Origin: Candidatus Hodarchaeota archaeon
GTDB lineage: Archaea; Asgardarchaeota; Lokiarchaeia; Sigyniarchaeales; SOKP01
Assembly: GCA_048886685.1 (NCBI GenBank)
Contig: JBHLKM010000001.1
Location: forward strand, 128,001 to 192,000
Direction: 5' to 3'
Length of the DNA: 64,000 nt
The position numbers were made by a program, and so were the translations under genes. The first letter of the stretch is position 1, and every line of letters starts with the position of its first letter. Shown here piece by piece: positions 26,709-36,117 of this stretch. The notes below the pieces were generated by a model. It did no database searches. It was given only the letters and a program-made list of their open reading frames with translations, and was not told where the DNA came from.

Positions 26709-27992
26709 TTAGTAGAAATCTGTTTTCAATTTTTGAAGTTTGCTTATCTTGTAAAAATTCACAATCATCGAACCTAGAATACCTATTATTATTCCAATAA
26801 TTACCCAGAAATAGACTATATAACTTACATTACTACCATCATAAGGAATTATACTGATAGTTCCTCCTGAAAAAAGAGAGATTGGAAATATTTCAGGATT
26901 ATTTAAAAGAATTAAAAAGACGGGGATATATGCTAGTGAATAAAGCGCTTCAATTACTAACATTACTTGTTGACCTGTGTGATTTCTCACTCCAACTGCT
27001 AATCGAATTAGATTAATTAATCCACTGATAACTATTAATAATCCAAATATTTTTAACCAGTCGAGGAATTCAGGAACGAATAAATCTGGAATTTCAGCGA
27101 AAGGTTGAATAATGATGAATAATCCAAATATTAATCCTCCAATAGCACCAAAAATTAATTCACCAATTGTAACTGGTTGTCTTTTTCTCACTTCTTTTTT
27201 TATTTTAGCCTCCTCTCGTCTTTCTTCTGTACGCTCTCTTGCTCTTTGCTGTCTTTCTTCTCTTCTTAATTTTGATTCTAGCAGTTTTTGCTCTCTCCGT
27301 AATTCTGCTACTTCTAATTTTTCTTGTCTGAGAGCTTTTATTTCCTCCAATTTTTCTTTGGTACGTAATCTTGCTTCTACTATTGTTTCTCTTGCTTTTT
27401 GACTAGCTTCTTCTAACTTAATTTTAGTATATTCTCTAGTTTCTTTTAATCCCTTTTCTGAGATATGGAATGGAAATAATGATGCTAATCGTGAGGGAAT
27501 CATACCAAAATCTTCAGGTAAAAAACCTTGCATTGAGAAATATACAAATACTATAGTAATTACAATAGCAGTAATTAAACAACCAATCCACACCCCTGTA
27601 AACATGCTACCTAGAACTTTCCACCAAGGTTCAAAAAAAAATTGAAAAGTTGACACAATTACAGTTATTGTAATGACGATTATAAAGAAAAAGAGCATTG
27701 ATCTCATGTAAAAATCAAAAAGCTCTTCCGTAATATACAATTTAGGCGTACCCCGTTGTTTATAAAATTTTGCAATGCTCTCAGGAGTACCAATTTGGTA
27801 TAAAGCTTGTTGTATATCAAAATCAGAGGGTTCTTGACCCTCTGCAATATTTCTTGCTTCATTTAAGATCTGGTTATTCAAATCATTTAAAATTTTATCA
27901 GCTTCTTCTTTTTTTAGTTTCAGCCACTCAGGAAATTTTTTATATACTTGAGTGAGAAAATCGTTAATCATTTGGTTTTCAGAATAGTTCAT
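26709..27992 (-). CDS. Membrane protein with N-terminal HAAS-like domain and internal charged coiled coil
   Basis: I.DFL..V...P...I...L...I......IGTPESIA.Y pattern; 2 TM, about 90-aa E/K/R-rich coil, then 4 TM. Confidence 0.65.
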   Translation of the reverse strand: MNYSENQMINDFLTQVYKKFPEWLKLKKEEADKILNDLNNQILNEARNIAEGQEPSDFDIQQALYQIGTPESIAKFYKQRGTPKLYITEELFDFYMRSMLFFFIIVITITVIVSTFQFFFEPWWKVLGSMFTGVWIGCLITAIVITIVFVYFSMQGFLPEDFGMIPSRLASLFPFHISEKGLKETREYTKIKLEEASQKARETIVEARLRTKEKLEEIKALRQEKLEVAELRREQKLLESKLRREERQQRARERTEERREEAKIKKEVRKRQPVTIGELIFGAIGGLIFGLFIIIQPFAEIPDLFVPEFLDWLKIFGLLIVISGLINLIRLAVGVRNHTGQQVMLVIEALYSLAYIPVFLILLNNPEIFPISLFSGGTISIIPYDGSNVSYIVYFWVIIGIIIGILGSMIVNFYKISKLQKLKTDFY

Positions 27993-28112
27993 TTTGAGCC
28001 TTTAAATTTATTTTTGTATTTGTCTAAAGAAATTTTTAAGGCTTATTAAAACTAATGGAGCCCATTTTTTCAGCAGTTACATTGGAAAATTCGAAAAAAG
28101 AGGAGACAATCC

Positions 28113-28916
28113 TTACCATTTAAAATTAGGATTGAAAAATAGTATGGAGTTAAGCTTTTGCAAAGTAATAAAAACGATAACATAGTACCACCCGAGCGCG
28201 CTAAACATCATTATCCATTCAAGGAACTGCCGTGTCAATGGCTCTGGACATATTAAAAAGATTATAGAAGCTGTTGATGGACCTAATATCATAAAGTAAC
28301 CAACTGCTTTAGGAAACAATCTTTTTTTAAGCACTATTGCTAAACCTGTAAAAAAAGCACCAAATGCAAAGCCTCCGAATGCTAATGTAGAAAAATAATA
28401 ATGAGCATTTAATGGGGAACGATCAAGACTAAATATTCCAACAAAAAACATCCCGAATACCCCTACAAAAAGAAAAACTACTCCCATATATCCAAAAATT
28501 CTTCTAAATTTATTAATATAATGGGTACGTTTCGAATTATCTATATTCTCGGTCATATCTGAACTGTATAACCGACTTAAGTTTAAAATTAAAGGAACAA
28601 TGAAAATTGCTGATAAAGCGCAAGTTATATCTAAAATAAATGGTGCTGGAGTATGCTTAAATGACCCTAAATCACTGATATAATTTAACCATAAACTATA
28701 TGGAAGATGACCAAAATTTATGGCAACAATTAATCCTATTATTATTCCTGGTAAAAATGTGGCCAAACTCACATAAATTGAAATTTTAACAATTTTCGGC
28801 TCAGTTACCTTATCATAAAACTTTCTACTGTTCTGTTTAACTTTCAAGAATTTCTGAGTCACAAAGTTAACATAAAATTTATTAAATCGCTGCAAATAAG
28901 AATTTTTTTCGCTCAT
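28113..28916 (-). CDS. DUF998-like multi-pass membrane protein
   Basis: YS...NYISDLG, GIFS....H...S..AF, EW motif, about six TMs. Confidence 0.7.
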   Translation of the reverse strand: MSEKNSYLQRFNKFYVNFVTQKFLKVKQNSRKFYDKVTEPKIVKISIYVSLATFLPGIIIGLIVAINFGHLPYSLWLNYISDLGSFKHTPAPFILDITCALSAIFIVPLILNLSRLYSSDMTENIDNSKRTHYINKFRRIFGYMGVVFLFVGVFGMFFVGIFSLDRSPLNAHYYFSTLAFGGFAFGAFFTGLAIVLKKRLFPKAVGYFMILGPSTASIIFLICPEPLTRQFLEWIMMFSALGWYYVIVFITLQKLNSILFFNPNFKW

Positions 28917-29164
28917 GTTGTTCCTCTATATTAATGTTATAAATATCCCAATAATAATAAATTTATTCCAAGGTTTAAATAGGATATAGATAATTCTTAA
29001 CCCGTTTTTCTTATTTAATTTATAAATTATATCTATATATTTTTTTTGATCTCAATAAATTAACTCTTATATAATTAAACGAAAAAATTAATATGATTTT
29101 AATAAATATGACCTATTAGTTCATGGCGAATTGTAAGTTTCAACCATTATAAGTAGGATTAAAA

Positions 29165-29773
29165 TTGAAGCCTTTGTCTTGTATATTTGGTATTTTAATT
29201 ATTGCAATCTCTTGGGGTTCAGTGTTAATTTCAACTACATTAGCTCCTCCTCCATTCAGTCCTTTAAATAATTACATGAGTAATTTAGGTAATTCGTCAT
29301 TTAACCCTGATGGGGCGATTATCTATAATACTTCAGTAATTATTTCTGGGATTTTATTTATAATTTTTTTCACTGGGCTTTATCAGTGGTATTCTAGTTC
29401 AATAATAGATAATATCTTATTGAAAATGACCCAAATATTAGGTTTTCTCTTATCAATTACTATTATTATGACTGGAATTTTTTCTGAAAATTTTAAACGA
29501 CAACATGTTTTTTGGTCGATTTTAGCTGGTATCTTGGGCTTTCTGGTTAATGTTTTTATGGCAATATATTTATTTAAACAAAGAGAATCCAATAAAAAAG
29601 TTAATTATTCTATATTTTTCCTAATTGGACTTTATATTATACTTTTATTTATAATAAGTCCTGAAAATGTATTAACAGAATGGGTTGTGAGAATTTTAGG
29701 AGATACAAGCTTAATCCTAATGATATATAATTTTAACCAAATATATCAAATTAGGACAAAAACTATGAAATAA
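29165..29773 (+). CDS. DUF998-like multi-pass membrane protein
   Basis: FSPLNNYMSNLGN...NP.GA..YN, GIFSE....H, TEW motif. Confidence 0.7.
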   Translation: MKPLSCIFGILIIAISWGSVLISTTLAPPPFSPLNNYMSNLGNSSFNPDGAIIYNTSVIISGILFIIFFTGLYQWYSSSIIDNILLKMTQILGFLLSITIIMTGIFSENFKRQHVFWSILAGILGFLVNVFMAIYLFKQRESNKKVNYSIFFLIGLYIILLFIISPENVLTEWVVRILGDTSLILMIYNFNQIYQIRTKTMK

Positions 29774-30470
29774 TTGGTTCTAATTGTAAAGACATATACT
29801 TACCTGCAAGACGGTATAATTTAGTTGACATAATAAATATCCATGATAGTGGAACAGCAAGGCCTAATCGTTGTATCAGCCCATCAACTAGAGAAAGGTC
29901 GATGAAAATTGCTATAGGAGAAAATATTATTAAAAATATCCCAATTTGTAAGAAAAAAAGCCACCAATAATTCCGCCAGTTATGATCCTTCCATATTGGG
30001 TATAATGAAAGAAGGATCGCGGTAGGCATAGCAACTGAAGGAAATTTTATTAGCAAATTATGCCCTATACCTGTAAATGTTAGACTTTTACATCCAGTAT
30101 CACAAGGAAATGCTGCAAGTGAAAAAATACATATCCCAGAGACGATAAATAGAATCATACTTATCGTAGTTAATATGTGTTTCTTAACGCTAAGATAAAA
30201 CCCTAATCCAAAAAAAATCAAATAGAGCCCAAATACATTGAAACCTAAAATATTCATGATAATATTATGTGGGGCTTCAGAAGTGGCTAACTCACTAATA
30301 AATTGACTAATTGGATTATACCCAGGATAAAGAGAACCTAAAACTGCAAATACAATGGTATTTATCACTGGTCCTACAATTCCAAAAAGCGCTGATGTCT
30401 TCTGAAGTCTACTAATGTGTATTATATCCATATCCCTTAACCTAATAATTAACCATAAAGATGAAAACAA
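29763..30470 (-). CDS. DUF998 family membrane protein
   Basis: PGYNPISQFISELA, FPCD.GC, H, GLIQRL motifs. Confidence 0.75.
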   Translation of the reverse strand: MFSSLWLIIRLRDMDIIHISRLQKTSALFGIVGPVINTIVFAVLGSLYPGYNPISQFISELATSEAPHNIIMNILGFNVFGLYLIFFGLGFYLSVKKHILTTISMILFIVSGICIFSLAAFPCDTGCKSLTFTGIGHNLLIKFPSVAMPTAILLSLYPIWKDHNWRNYWWLFFLQIGIFLIIFSPIAIFIDLSLVDGLIQRLGLAVPLSWIFIMSTKLYRLAGKYMSLQLEPIIS

Positions 30471-30616
30471 TTAAAATTTTACTAGTTCACTATTTAAATA
30501 GAGAGATTCATACTTTAATTAATTTCGGAAAGGGAAAACTTTAAATAGGGTTAATTTCGTTTCATTTGGTTATTATTTTTTCCTACTGTTTACTTTTTCC
30601 GGATTTTATACTGTGT

Positions 30617-32866
30617 TTAATGTGAAGCATGCGTACTGCTCACATTGACTAACTTTGGTAAAATTAGGCATGAAGGATGATCTGGACCAACTAATAGTGT
30701 ATTATTGGCTATATTATAATTCAAATAACTATGTGCTAATGGAGCACCAGTATTAGGGTTTGTTGCGAACCGAGGGAAGTTTGAACTCGAAATCGCGACT
30801 CTAATTTGATGACCTGGAGCAAAAACATATGCAGTTGACCAGCAGTCGACTAGCAATTCATAAACATTAATCTGATTTCCTGACATAAATACATCCATAG
30901 TGTAGTTATAACGTGACCTTGTGGTTAAGGATCCGTCGCAAATTAGCATAGAACGCCCATCAGGATAAACATCGGTCAGCTTTACGGTAAAATCTGTGTC
31001 TGTACAGTTCGAACTGACAAATAAATTTCCCCAGATTCTCCCAACAATCTCAACTGACTCACTGAGTATGGGTGTTTCGAATATCAAGACGTCGGATCTG
31101 TTTTCGATAGATTTTTGATCCATAGGGCCACAAAGATCGAATGGTTGGTTCTGTCCACCAAGATTTGGAACAGGATTTCTTGGATCGTATAAATATGAAA
31201 AGTTTTTATTTGTGGAAGGAATCGTATTGTTAATCAAACCACCCGTTGAAGTAAAGTACCATTTATCATCCACGTGATCAAGAGGCCAATCATATGCGTA
31301 CCTCCAGTAATTCCATTCATCTGAATGAGTATCAACATCTCCCATTAAATAATATGCTACTCTTGTACCATCCCAATTTGTGGATTTTCCTAAAAGAGCA
31401 GCATCAAAAACATCTCGATCCCAACCAGTAACCATATCGAATCCGTTTGAATTTCTTGGATAAATTAGATCTCCTTGTTCAGTTGTCATAAAATTTACGT
31501 GAGTCCACGGTCCTATAATTAATTTTTGATGACCTCTTGCCGTTATAGTCCCATGATCATCATAACCAATATAACCATCAATGGTACCTTGCAAAAAGTG
31601 GTCATACCAACCCCCAACATGAATCCCATATACTGAAACATTAGAGTATGTAGGACCAATCGGTATTGATAAAGATGTCGAGTTATACAATGTTTCATTC
31701 TTAGGATTTGAAAATTCAAAAATTCTATCTAATTGATATCGCCAATTATCTGGAGCGGTACTTTCAAGCCATGTTTCAACAGATGATTTATGATATGATC
31801 CTTGGTAGATTGCGTGATCGTATAATTCCGGTGTTCCAAACCATAATTGTTGAGCAATTAATCCTTGAGGTGCCATTCCTGCATAAAAGTATTGGTTTAT
31901 GCAAAGAGCCGATGGTCCAGCGCTAGCAATTTTGCCATTACACCAGCTTTGATCTAGGATCCAATTAAGAGTATCAACTCCATCTAGATATGAGTTTAAA
32001 AAAAGCAAGAATTGATCCCCACCCTCGGAATCATGCGTACCTCTTAAATCTTGAATTACAACATGATAATCTTGAGTTAAGTAGAGTAACATTGCAATAT
32101 CAACCACCCAACCGGATTTTCCATAAGGTGTTCTGTATAAAACAACAGGTCTTGGTGCTCCAAAAGAGCCAGGGGTCAAATATACGTCTGTCGCTAATTT
32201 GACTCCATCTCTCGTCTCAACCATATATGTTTTCTTTTCGGGTAAAGCATAAGCGGCTGAAAGGGAAAGAATAGTTGTCGGTGTTGCGATTAATAGAAAC
32301 AGGCCTAATATTTTAGCAACTTTTGGTATTTTGTTAGATCGTCTTTTGTCATATTTTTCAATTAATTTAGATAAAGAATGATCGCTAATTTTTAATCCAT
32401 AATGTAAATACGCCAAGAGACTTATTCCTATTGCTGCAATCGAGTAATAGTTACGCTCTATGAAAAGAAACCAAATTATTCCTCCTATCGGAATAAGGAT
32501 ATTGAAAATTCCAGCCACTAAATCAATATATTTGTATCTTATATTTTTACTAATGTGTTTAAGATAAGACAGGCTCATTAAAAGAGAATATATTGAGATA
32601 AATAGAGTAATAGGAAGGTATATCATCCCGAATAGAATTAAAGATATCTGTTTTATACTAAAATATATTTTCTCATTTTTACTGAATAATTTTACTCCCT
32701 TTTCTAATTCATTGTCATAATCTTTATAATACCTAAAGTAATATGTGATCACATATATTCCGCGGCAAATGATCAACAACGACAAATTTGTAAAAAAGAT
32801 TTGTTCGAGGTTTAGGTACCCCAAATTATATAATTGATAAAAAAACATTATAGTCCAATCAATCAT
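30617..32866 (-). CDS. CocE/NonD family serine hydrolase with N-terminal multi-TM region
   Basis: MVETRDGVKLATDVY, RTPYG, QDLRG...SEG, W.NGK...GPSAL, GGWYD.F, IGPWTH, YDP.NPVP..GG, DTDFTVKL.DVYPDG, SSNFPRF..NPNTG; aa 1-205 hydrophobic. Confidence 0.88.
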   Translation of the reverse strand: MIDWTIMFFYQLYNLGYLNLEQIFFTNLSLLIICRGIYVITYYFRYYKDYDNELEKGVKLFSKNEKIYFSIKQISLILFGMIYLPITLFISIYSLLMSLSYLKHISKNIRYKYIDLVAGIFNILIPIGGIIWFLFIERNYYSIAAIGISLLAYLHYGLKISDHSLSKLIEKYDKRRSNKIPKVAKILGLFLLIATPTTILSLSAAYALPEKKTYMVETRDGVKLATDVYLTPGSFGAPRPVVLYRTPYGKSGWVVDIAMLLYLTQDYHVVIQDLRGTHDSEGGDQFLLFLNSYLDGVDTLNWILDQSWCNGKIASAGPSALCINQYFYAGMAPQGLIAQQLWFGTPELYDHAIYQGSYHKSSVETWLESTAPDNWRYQLDRIFEFSNPKNETLYNSTSLSIPIGPTYSNVSVYGIHVGGWYDHFLQGTIDGYIGYDDHGTITARGHQKLIIGPWTHVNFMTTEQGDLIYPRNSNGFDMVTGWDRDVFDAALLGKSTNWDGTRVAYYLMGDVDTHSDEWNYWRYAYDWPLDHVDDKWYFTSTGGLINNTIPSTNKNFSYLYDPRNPVPNLGGQNQPFDLCGPMDQKSIENRSDVLIFETPILSESVEIVGRIWGNLFVSSNCTDTDFTVKLTDVYPDGRSMLICDGSLTTRSRYNYTMDVFMSGNQINVYELLVDCWSTAYVFAPGHQIRVAISSSNFPRFATNPNTGAPLAHSYLNYNIANNTLLVGPDHPSCLILPKLVNVSSTHASH

Positions 32867-32932
32867 ATCCTTATATGGAGATTAACTTATTAATAAAACT
32901 ATCTCTAGATCTTTAAGAAGCAATTTATTATA

Positions 32933-34384
32933 TTGCAGTTATATATGGGAAATACTAAAAACCAAACTGAGGAAAATGCATTTAGAAGATCGTATGGTAT
33001 CCATTTAACTTCACGTGATATTTTCTTAAATTATATATTTCCTGAAATAAAAGAGAAACTATGGAAATTTAGATGGATAGATTTATATGCAGGGGAAGGA
33101 AATTTAATTTTACCAGTATTGAACTCAATTCCTTCTGAAAAACGGGTAAAATTTTTTGAAAAACATATTTTTCTATTTGATATACACCCAGAAATGATAG
33201 ATAAATGTATAAAAAATGCGAAAAACTATGGAATCCCTCCAGATCTTGCATCTAACAACATTAAGCTTCGAAATAATTTAGAAAGTTTCCCTGTCTTTTT
33301 GAAAAATGAACAATTACCATTATATCACATTACAAATCCCCCATTTTTATATTTAGGATATATTAGAAAGCATAAAGAGACCGAGGAGTATTTAAAACTT
33401 TTTGAAGGAGAAAACAATGGATATCAGGATCTTTATCAAATCGCTATGATAAATGATTTAAGAAACTTTATTGAGAATTTAATATATATAATTCCTTCCA
33501 ATTTTCTATTTGGGGCTTCGGTTTCGAATAAATTTCGTTTAGATTTTTTGAAACACTATAAAATTAATAAGATATTTATCTTTGAAACTAAAATTTTTGA
33601 ATATACTGGAACAAATATCTGTATTGCATTTTTTAGTAAGAAATCAAACCCTAAATCTGAGATCTTAAAATTTAATGGTGTAAAGATTAAAAAGAAAGAT
33701 ATTCAAATGGAGAAGAGTTATTTTCTTAAACCAGAATTTAATTATCGTGCTGGTTCCGAATTTAATGAGTTTCTTGAAAAATATCAAGCTTCAAAACCAT
33801 TAACTATTAAGTTTTATCTATTAAAGAAAGATGTAGTGAATAATAAAGGAAGTAACAGATTAGAGGCGATTGATGCTAACAATTATCGTAATAATCAATA
33901 TGAGAAATTAGTGCTTCAAATAAATAGTAAATTAAAAAAAATAATCGAATCGAACATATTATATGTTCGAACAGTCGATACAGGCTCTTATAGTGGAAGG
34001 GTTGGGTTAGGAATAGTTTCAGAAGATTTTAATGTGAATGGAATTTATGTTTCTGGAAATACTTATAGAACTCATCCAATACAGATATTTTTTGAGCCTA
34101 TACTTACATCAAATAAACAAATTTTATTAAAGGATTATTTTAATTTCGTCTTAGAAACTTTTAGGGAGAAGTTAGACAGTGAATTTCTCACAACGTATAA
34201 ATATTCCAATGCTGAATATACTAGAAAATATTTAGGTTTAACTCAGACTAGAAAATTAATTCAAACCTTCCCGCATAAGGAAATGAGTCAAGAGATAAAG
34301 GAAAATTTAGTTTATTTAATTAGAGAGATGAATTTTGAAAAATTATTAGAAATATTAAAAACTTGCAAAAAGGAAAGCAATTAA
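32933..34384 (+). CDS. Adenine-specific DNA methyltransferase (gamma-type motif order), no adjacent nuclease
   Basis: Motif I DLYAGEGNL followed by motif IV TNPPF; DLYQ and YIIPSNFL. Confidence 0.75.
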   Translation: MQLYMGNTKNQTEENAFRRSYGIHLTSRDIFLNYIFPEIKEKLWKFRWIDLYAGEGNLILPVLNSIPSEKRVKFFEKHIFLFDIHPEMIDKCIKNAKNYGIPPDLASNNIKLRNNLESFPVFLKNEQLPLYHITNPPFLYLGYIRKHKETEEYLKLFEGENNGYQDLYQIAMINDLRNFIENLIYIIPSNFLFGASVSNKFRLDFLKHYKINKIFIFETKIFEYTGTNICIAFFSKKSNPKSEILKFNGVKIKKKDIQMEKSYFLKPEFNYRAGSEFNEFLEKYQASKPLTIKFYLLKKDVVNNKGSNRLEAIDANNYRNNQYEKLVLQINSKLKKIIESNILYVRTVDTGSYSGRVGLGIVSEDFNVNGIYVSGNTYRTHPIQIFFEPILTSNKQILLKDYFNFVLETFREKLDSEFLTTYKYSNAEYTRKYLGLTQTRKLIQTFPHKEMSQEIKENLVYLIREMNFEKLLEILKTCKKESN

Positions 34385-35227
34385 TCCTAGATACGCACCC
34401 AATTTTAAGATTAAGCTAGCTTTTTTAAAGTCATTTCTTGTTAAATTTCGTTTCATCATTATGATTACAGCATATATAACAGCTCCTAAGCCAAAAAACA
34501 TGGAAATTAAGAAGAATAGATGATTTATTATATTGGTAAATAAAGGCAATATAAAAAATATTATAGCTAATATTGCAAATATCATGGAAATCTTAGCAGA
34601 CTTTTCAACTCCTATCCTTATAGCAAGAGTTTTGACACCTTCTTTTTTGTCACCTTCAATGTCTTCACATCCTTTAATAATTTCTCGAGATAGTAAAAGG
34701 AAAAATGATGTTAAAAAGAAGAAATAGATATAAAAAGGTATATTCGAATTATTTAAGACAGCCCCATAGACAAGTCCAATAGAAAAGGATACACTGACAA
34801 TAATGTTCCCCATAAATCCGCTCTTTTTACCCCAAGCTGCATATAACCATCCAGTAAATCCCATAAATACCGCTATGATTATATTTAGATACCCGATTTG
34901 GAAGAGAAAACTATGAAGAACCGCTATAGTTATACCAACGAGAGCTGAAATTAACCATATTATCTTCGCTTGGTTTAAAGTTATTGATCCTCTTGGAATT
35001 GGCCTTTCTGGGCGATTTATTTTATCAATTTCTATATCATAGTAATCATTTATAACGTTTCCTGAACCTGCTAGAAAAAAATATGTAAAAATTCCTAAAA
35101 TTATATTAAAAATAATGGTAGATACGTTGATTCCAATCCTAGTATTCAAAATTCCAATAATAACAGTTAAACTCCCCATAAGGCAGTTAAGAGGACGTAG
35201 AATTTCAATTGCGTCTTTAATTTTCAT
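34355..35227 (-). CDS. Digeranylgeranylglyceryl phosphate synthase (UbiA prenyltransferase)
   Basis: RPLNC, NVINDYYDIEIDKINRPERPIPRG, REIIKGCEDIEGD...GVKTL; multi-TM; downstream of GGGPS. Confidence 0.9.
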   Translation of the reverse strand: MKIKDAIEILRPLNCLMGSLTVIIGILNTRIGINVSTIIFNIILGIFTYFFLAGSGNVINDYYDIEIDKINRPERPIPRGSITLNQAKIIWLISALVGITIAVLHSFLFQIGYLNIIIAVFMGFTGWLYAAWGKKSGFMGNIIVSVSFSIGLVYGAVLNNSNIPFYIYFFFLTSFFLLLSREIIKGCEDIEGDKKEGVKTLAIRIGVEKSAKISMIFAILAIIFFILPLFTNIINHLFFLISMFFGLGAVIYAVIIMMKRNLTRNDFKKASLILKLGAYLGLIAFLFASF

Positions 35228-35253
35228 TTATTAATTTCTCCGAAATAAGAATT

Positions 35254-36117
35254 TCACATTAAAGCATATTTCTTCTTTTGTGTTTTTCCAGCAATTTTTA
35301 TTTCTTCTATTATTTCTTTTAATGACATTCCGTTATCTTTTAAAAGGTTATTCTCAAGAAAAGTTCCCATTACAACAATATCAGCTCCTGCTTCTACAAA
35401 ACATCTCGCATCATCTTTGTTACTAACTCCTCCACCTACAATTAAAGGAATATTTAGAATTTTTGAACACATTTCAATATGTTCTTTTGGCATTCTTTCA
35501 CTACCTGAACCAGCTTCTAAATAAATAATTTTAAATCCAAACATTTCTGCTGCTAAAGCATAAGCGGTAGTTAATTTGGGTTTATTTCTGGGTAATAATT
35601 TTGCATTACCAATCCATCCTGCACTTGCACCTGGTTCTATGATTAAATATGCCATCGATATGGCTTCTAAATTAGCAGATTTTATTGTATATGAAGCTAA
35701 GGCTTGTTGACCTACAATAAAATAAGGATCTAACGAATTTAATAAAGACATGAAGAAAATAGCATCCGCATGTTGCGAAATATTACTTACTCCTCCTGGA
35801 AAAATGATTATAGGGATATTTACTTTCTCTTTTATTGCTAATATTGTCTTATCCACGAAGGTCTGGTCAACAATGGTACTTCCACCAATTAAAATAGCAT
35901 CAGTACCAGCTTCTTCAGCATATTTAGCCATTTTTGCTGCTTTATTTGGATCTTGTCTTAAAGGGTCTGGATCAATTAGTGAGAAATGTAAAGCGCCTTC
36001 CTCATTAACTTTCTTAATGATATATTCATAAGTGCTCTTCTCAATATATTCATCAATTAAAATATCAACCATATATAACACATCTTTATATTTGTTTACC
36101 TTTTTTAGTTTTAACAA
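35254..36117 (-). CDS. Geranylgeranylglyceryl phosphate synthase (PcrB family); probable start ATG at 36072
   Basis: HFSLIDPD, DAILIGGS, IIFPG, FFMSLLNS, YLEAGSG, VGGG, GAD.VV.G. Confidence 0.92.
   Translation of the reverse strand: MLKLKKVNKYKDVLYMVDILIDEYIEKSTYEYIIKKVNEEGALHFSLIDPDPLRQDPNKAAKMAKYAEEAGTDAILIGGSTIVDQTFVDKTILAIKEKVNIPIIIFPGGVSNISQHADAIFFMSLLNSLDPYFIVGQQALASYTIKSANLEAISMAYLIIEPGASAGWIGNAKLLPRNKPKLTTAYALAAEMFGFKIIYLEAGSGSERMPKEHIEMCSKILNIPLIVGGGVSNKDDARCFVEAGADIVVMGTFLENNLLKDNGMSLKEIIEEIKIAGKTQKKKYALM

Noticed and set aside
30533-30550. Consensus-like BRE/TATA (GGAAAACTTTAAATAGGG) pointing antisense into the CocE gene end
   Set aside because: TTTAAATA-type boxes are near-symmetric and frequent in such AT-rich DNA; it could equally serve the minus-strand DUF998 gene.
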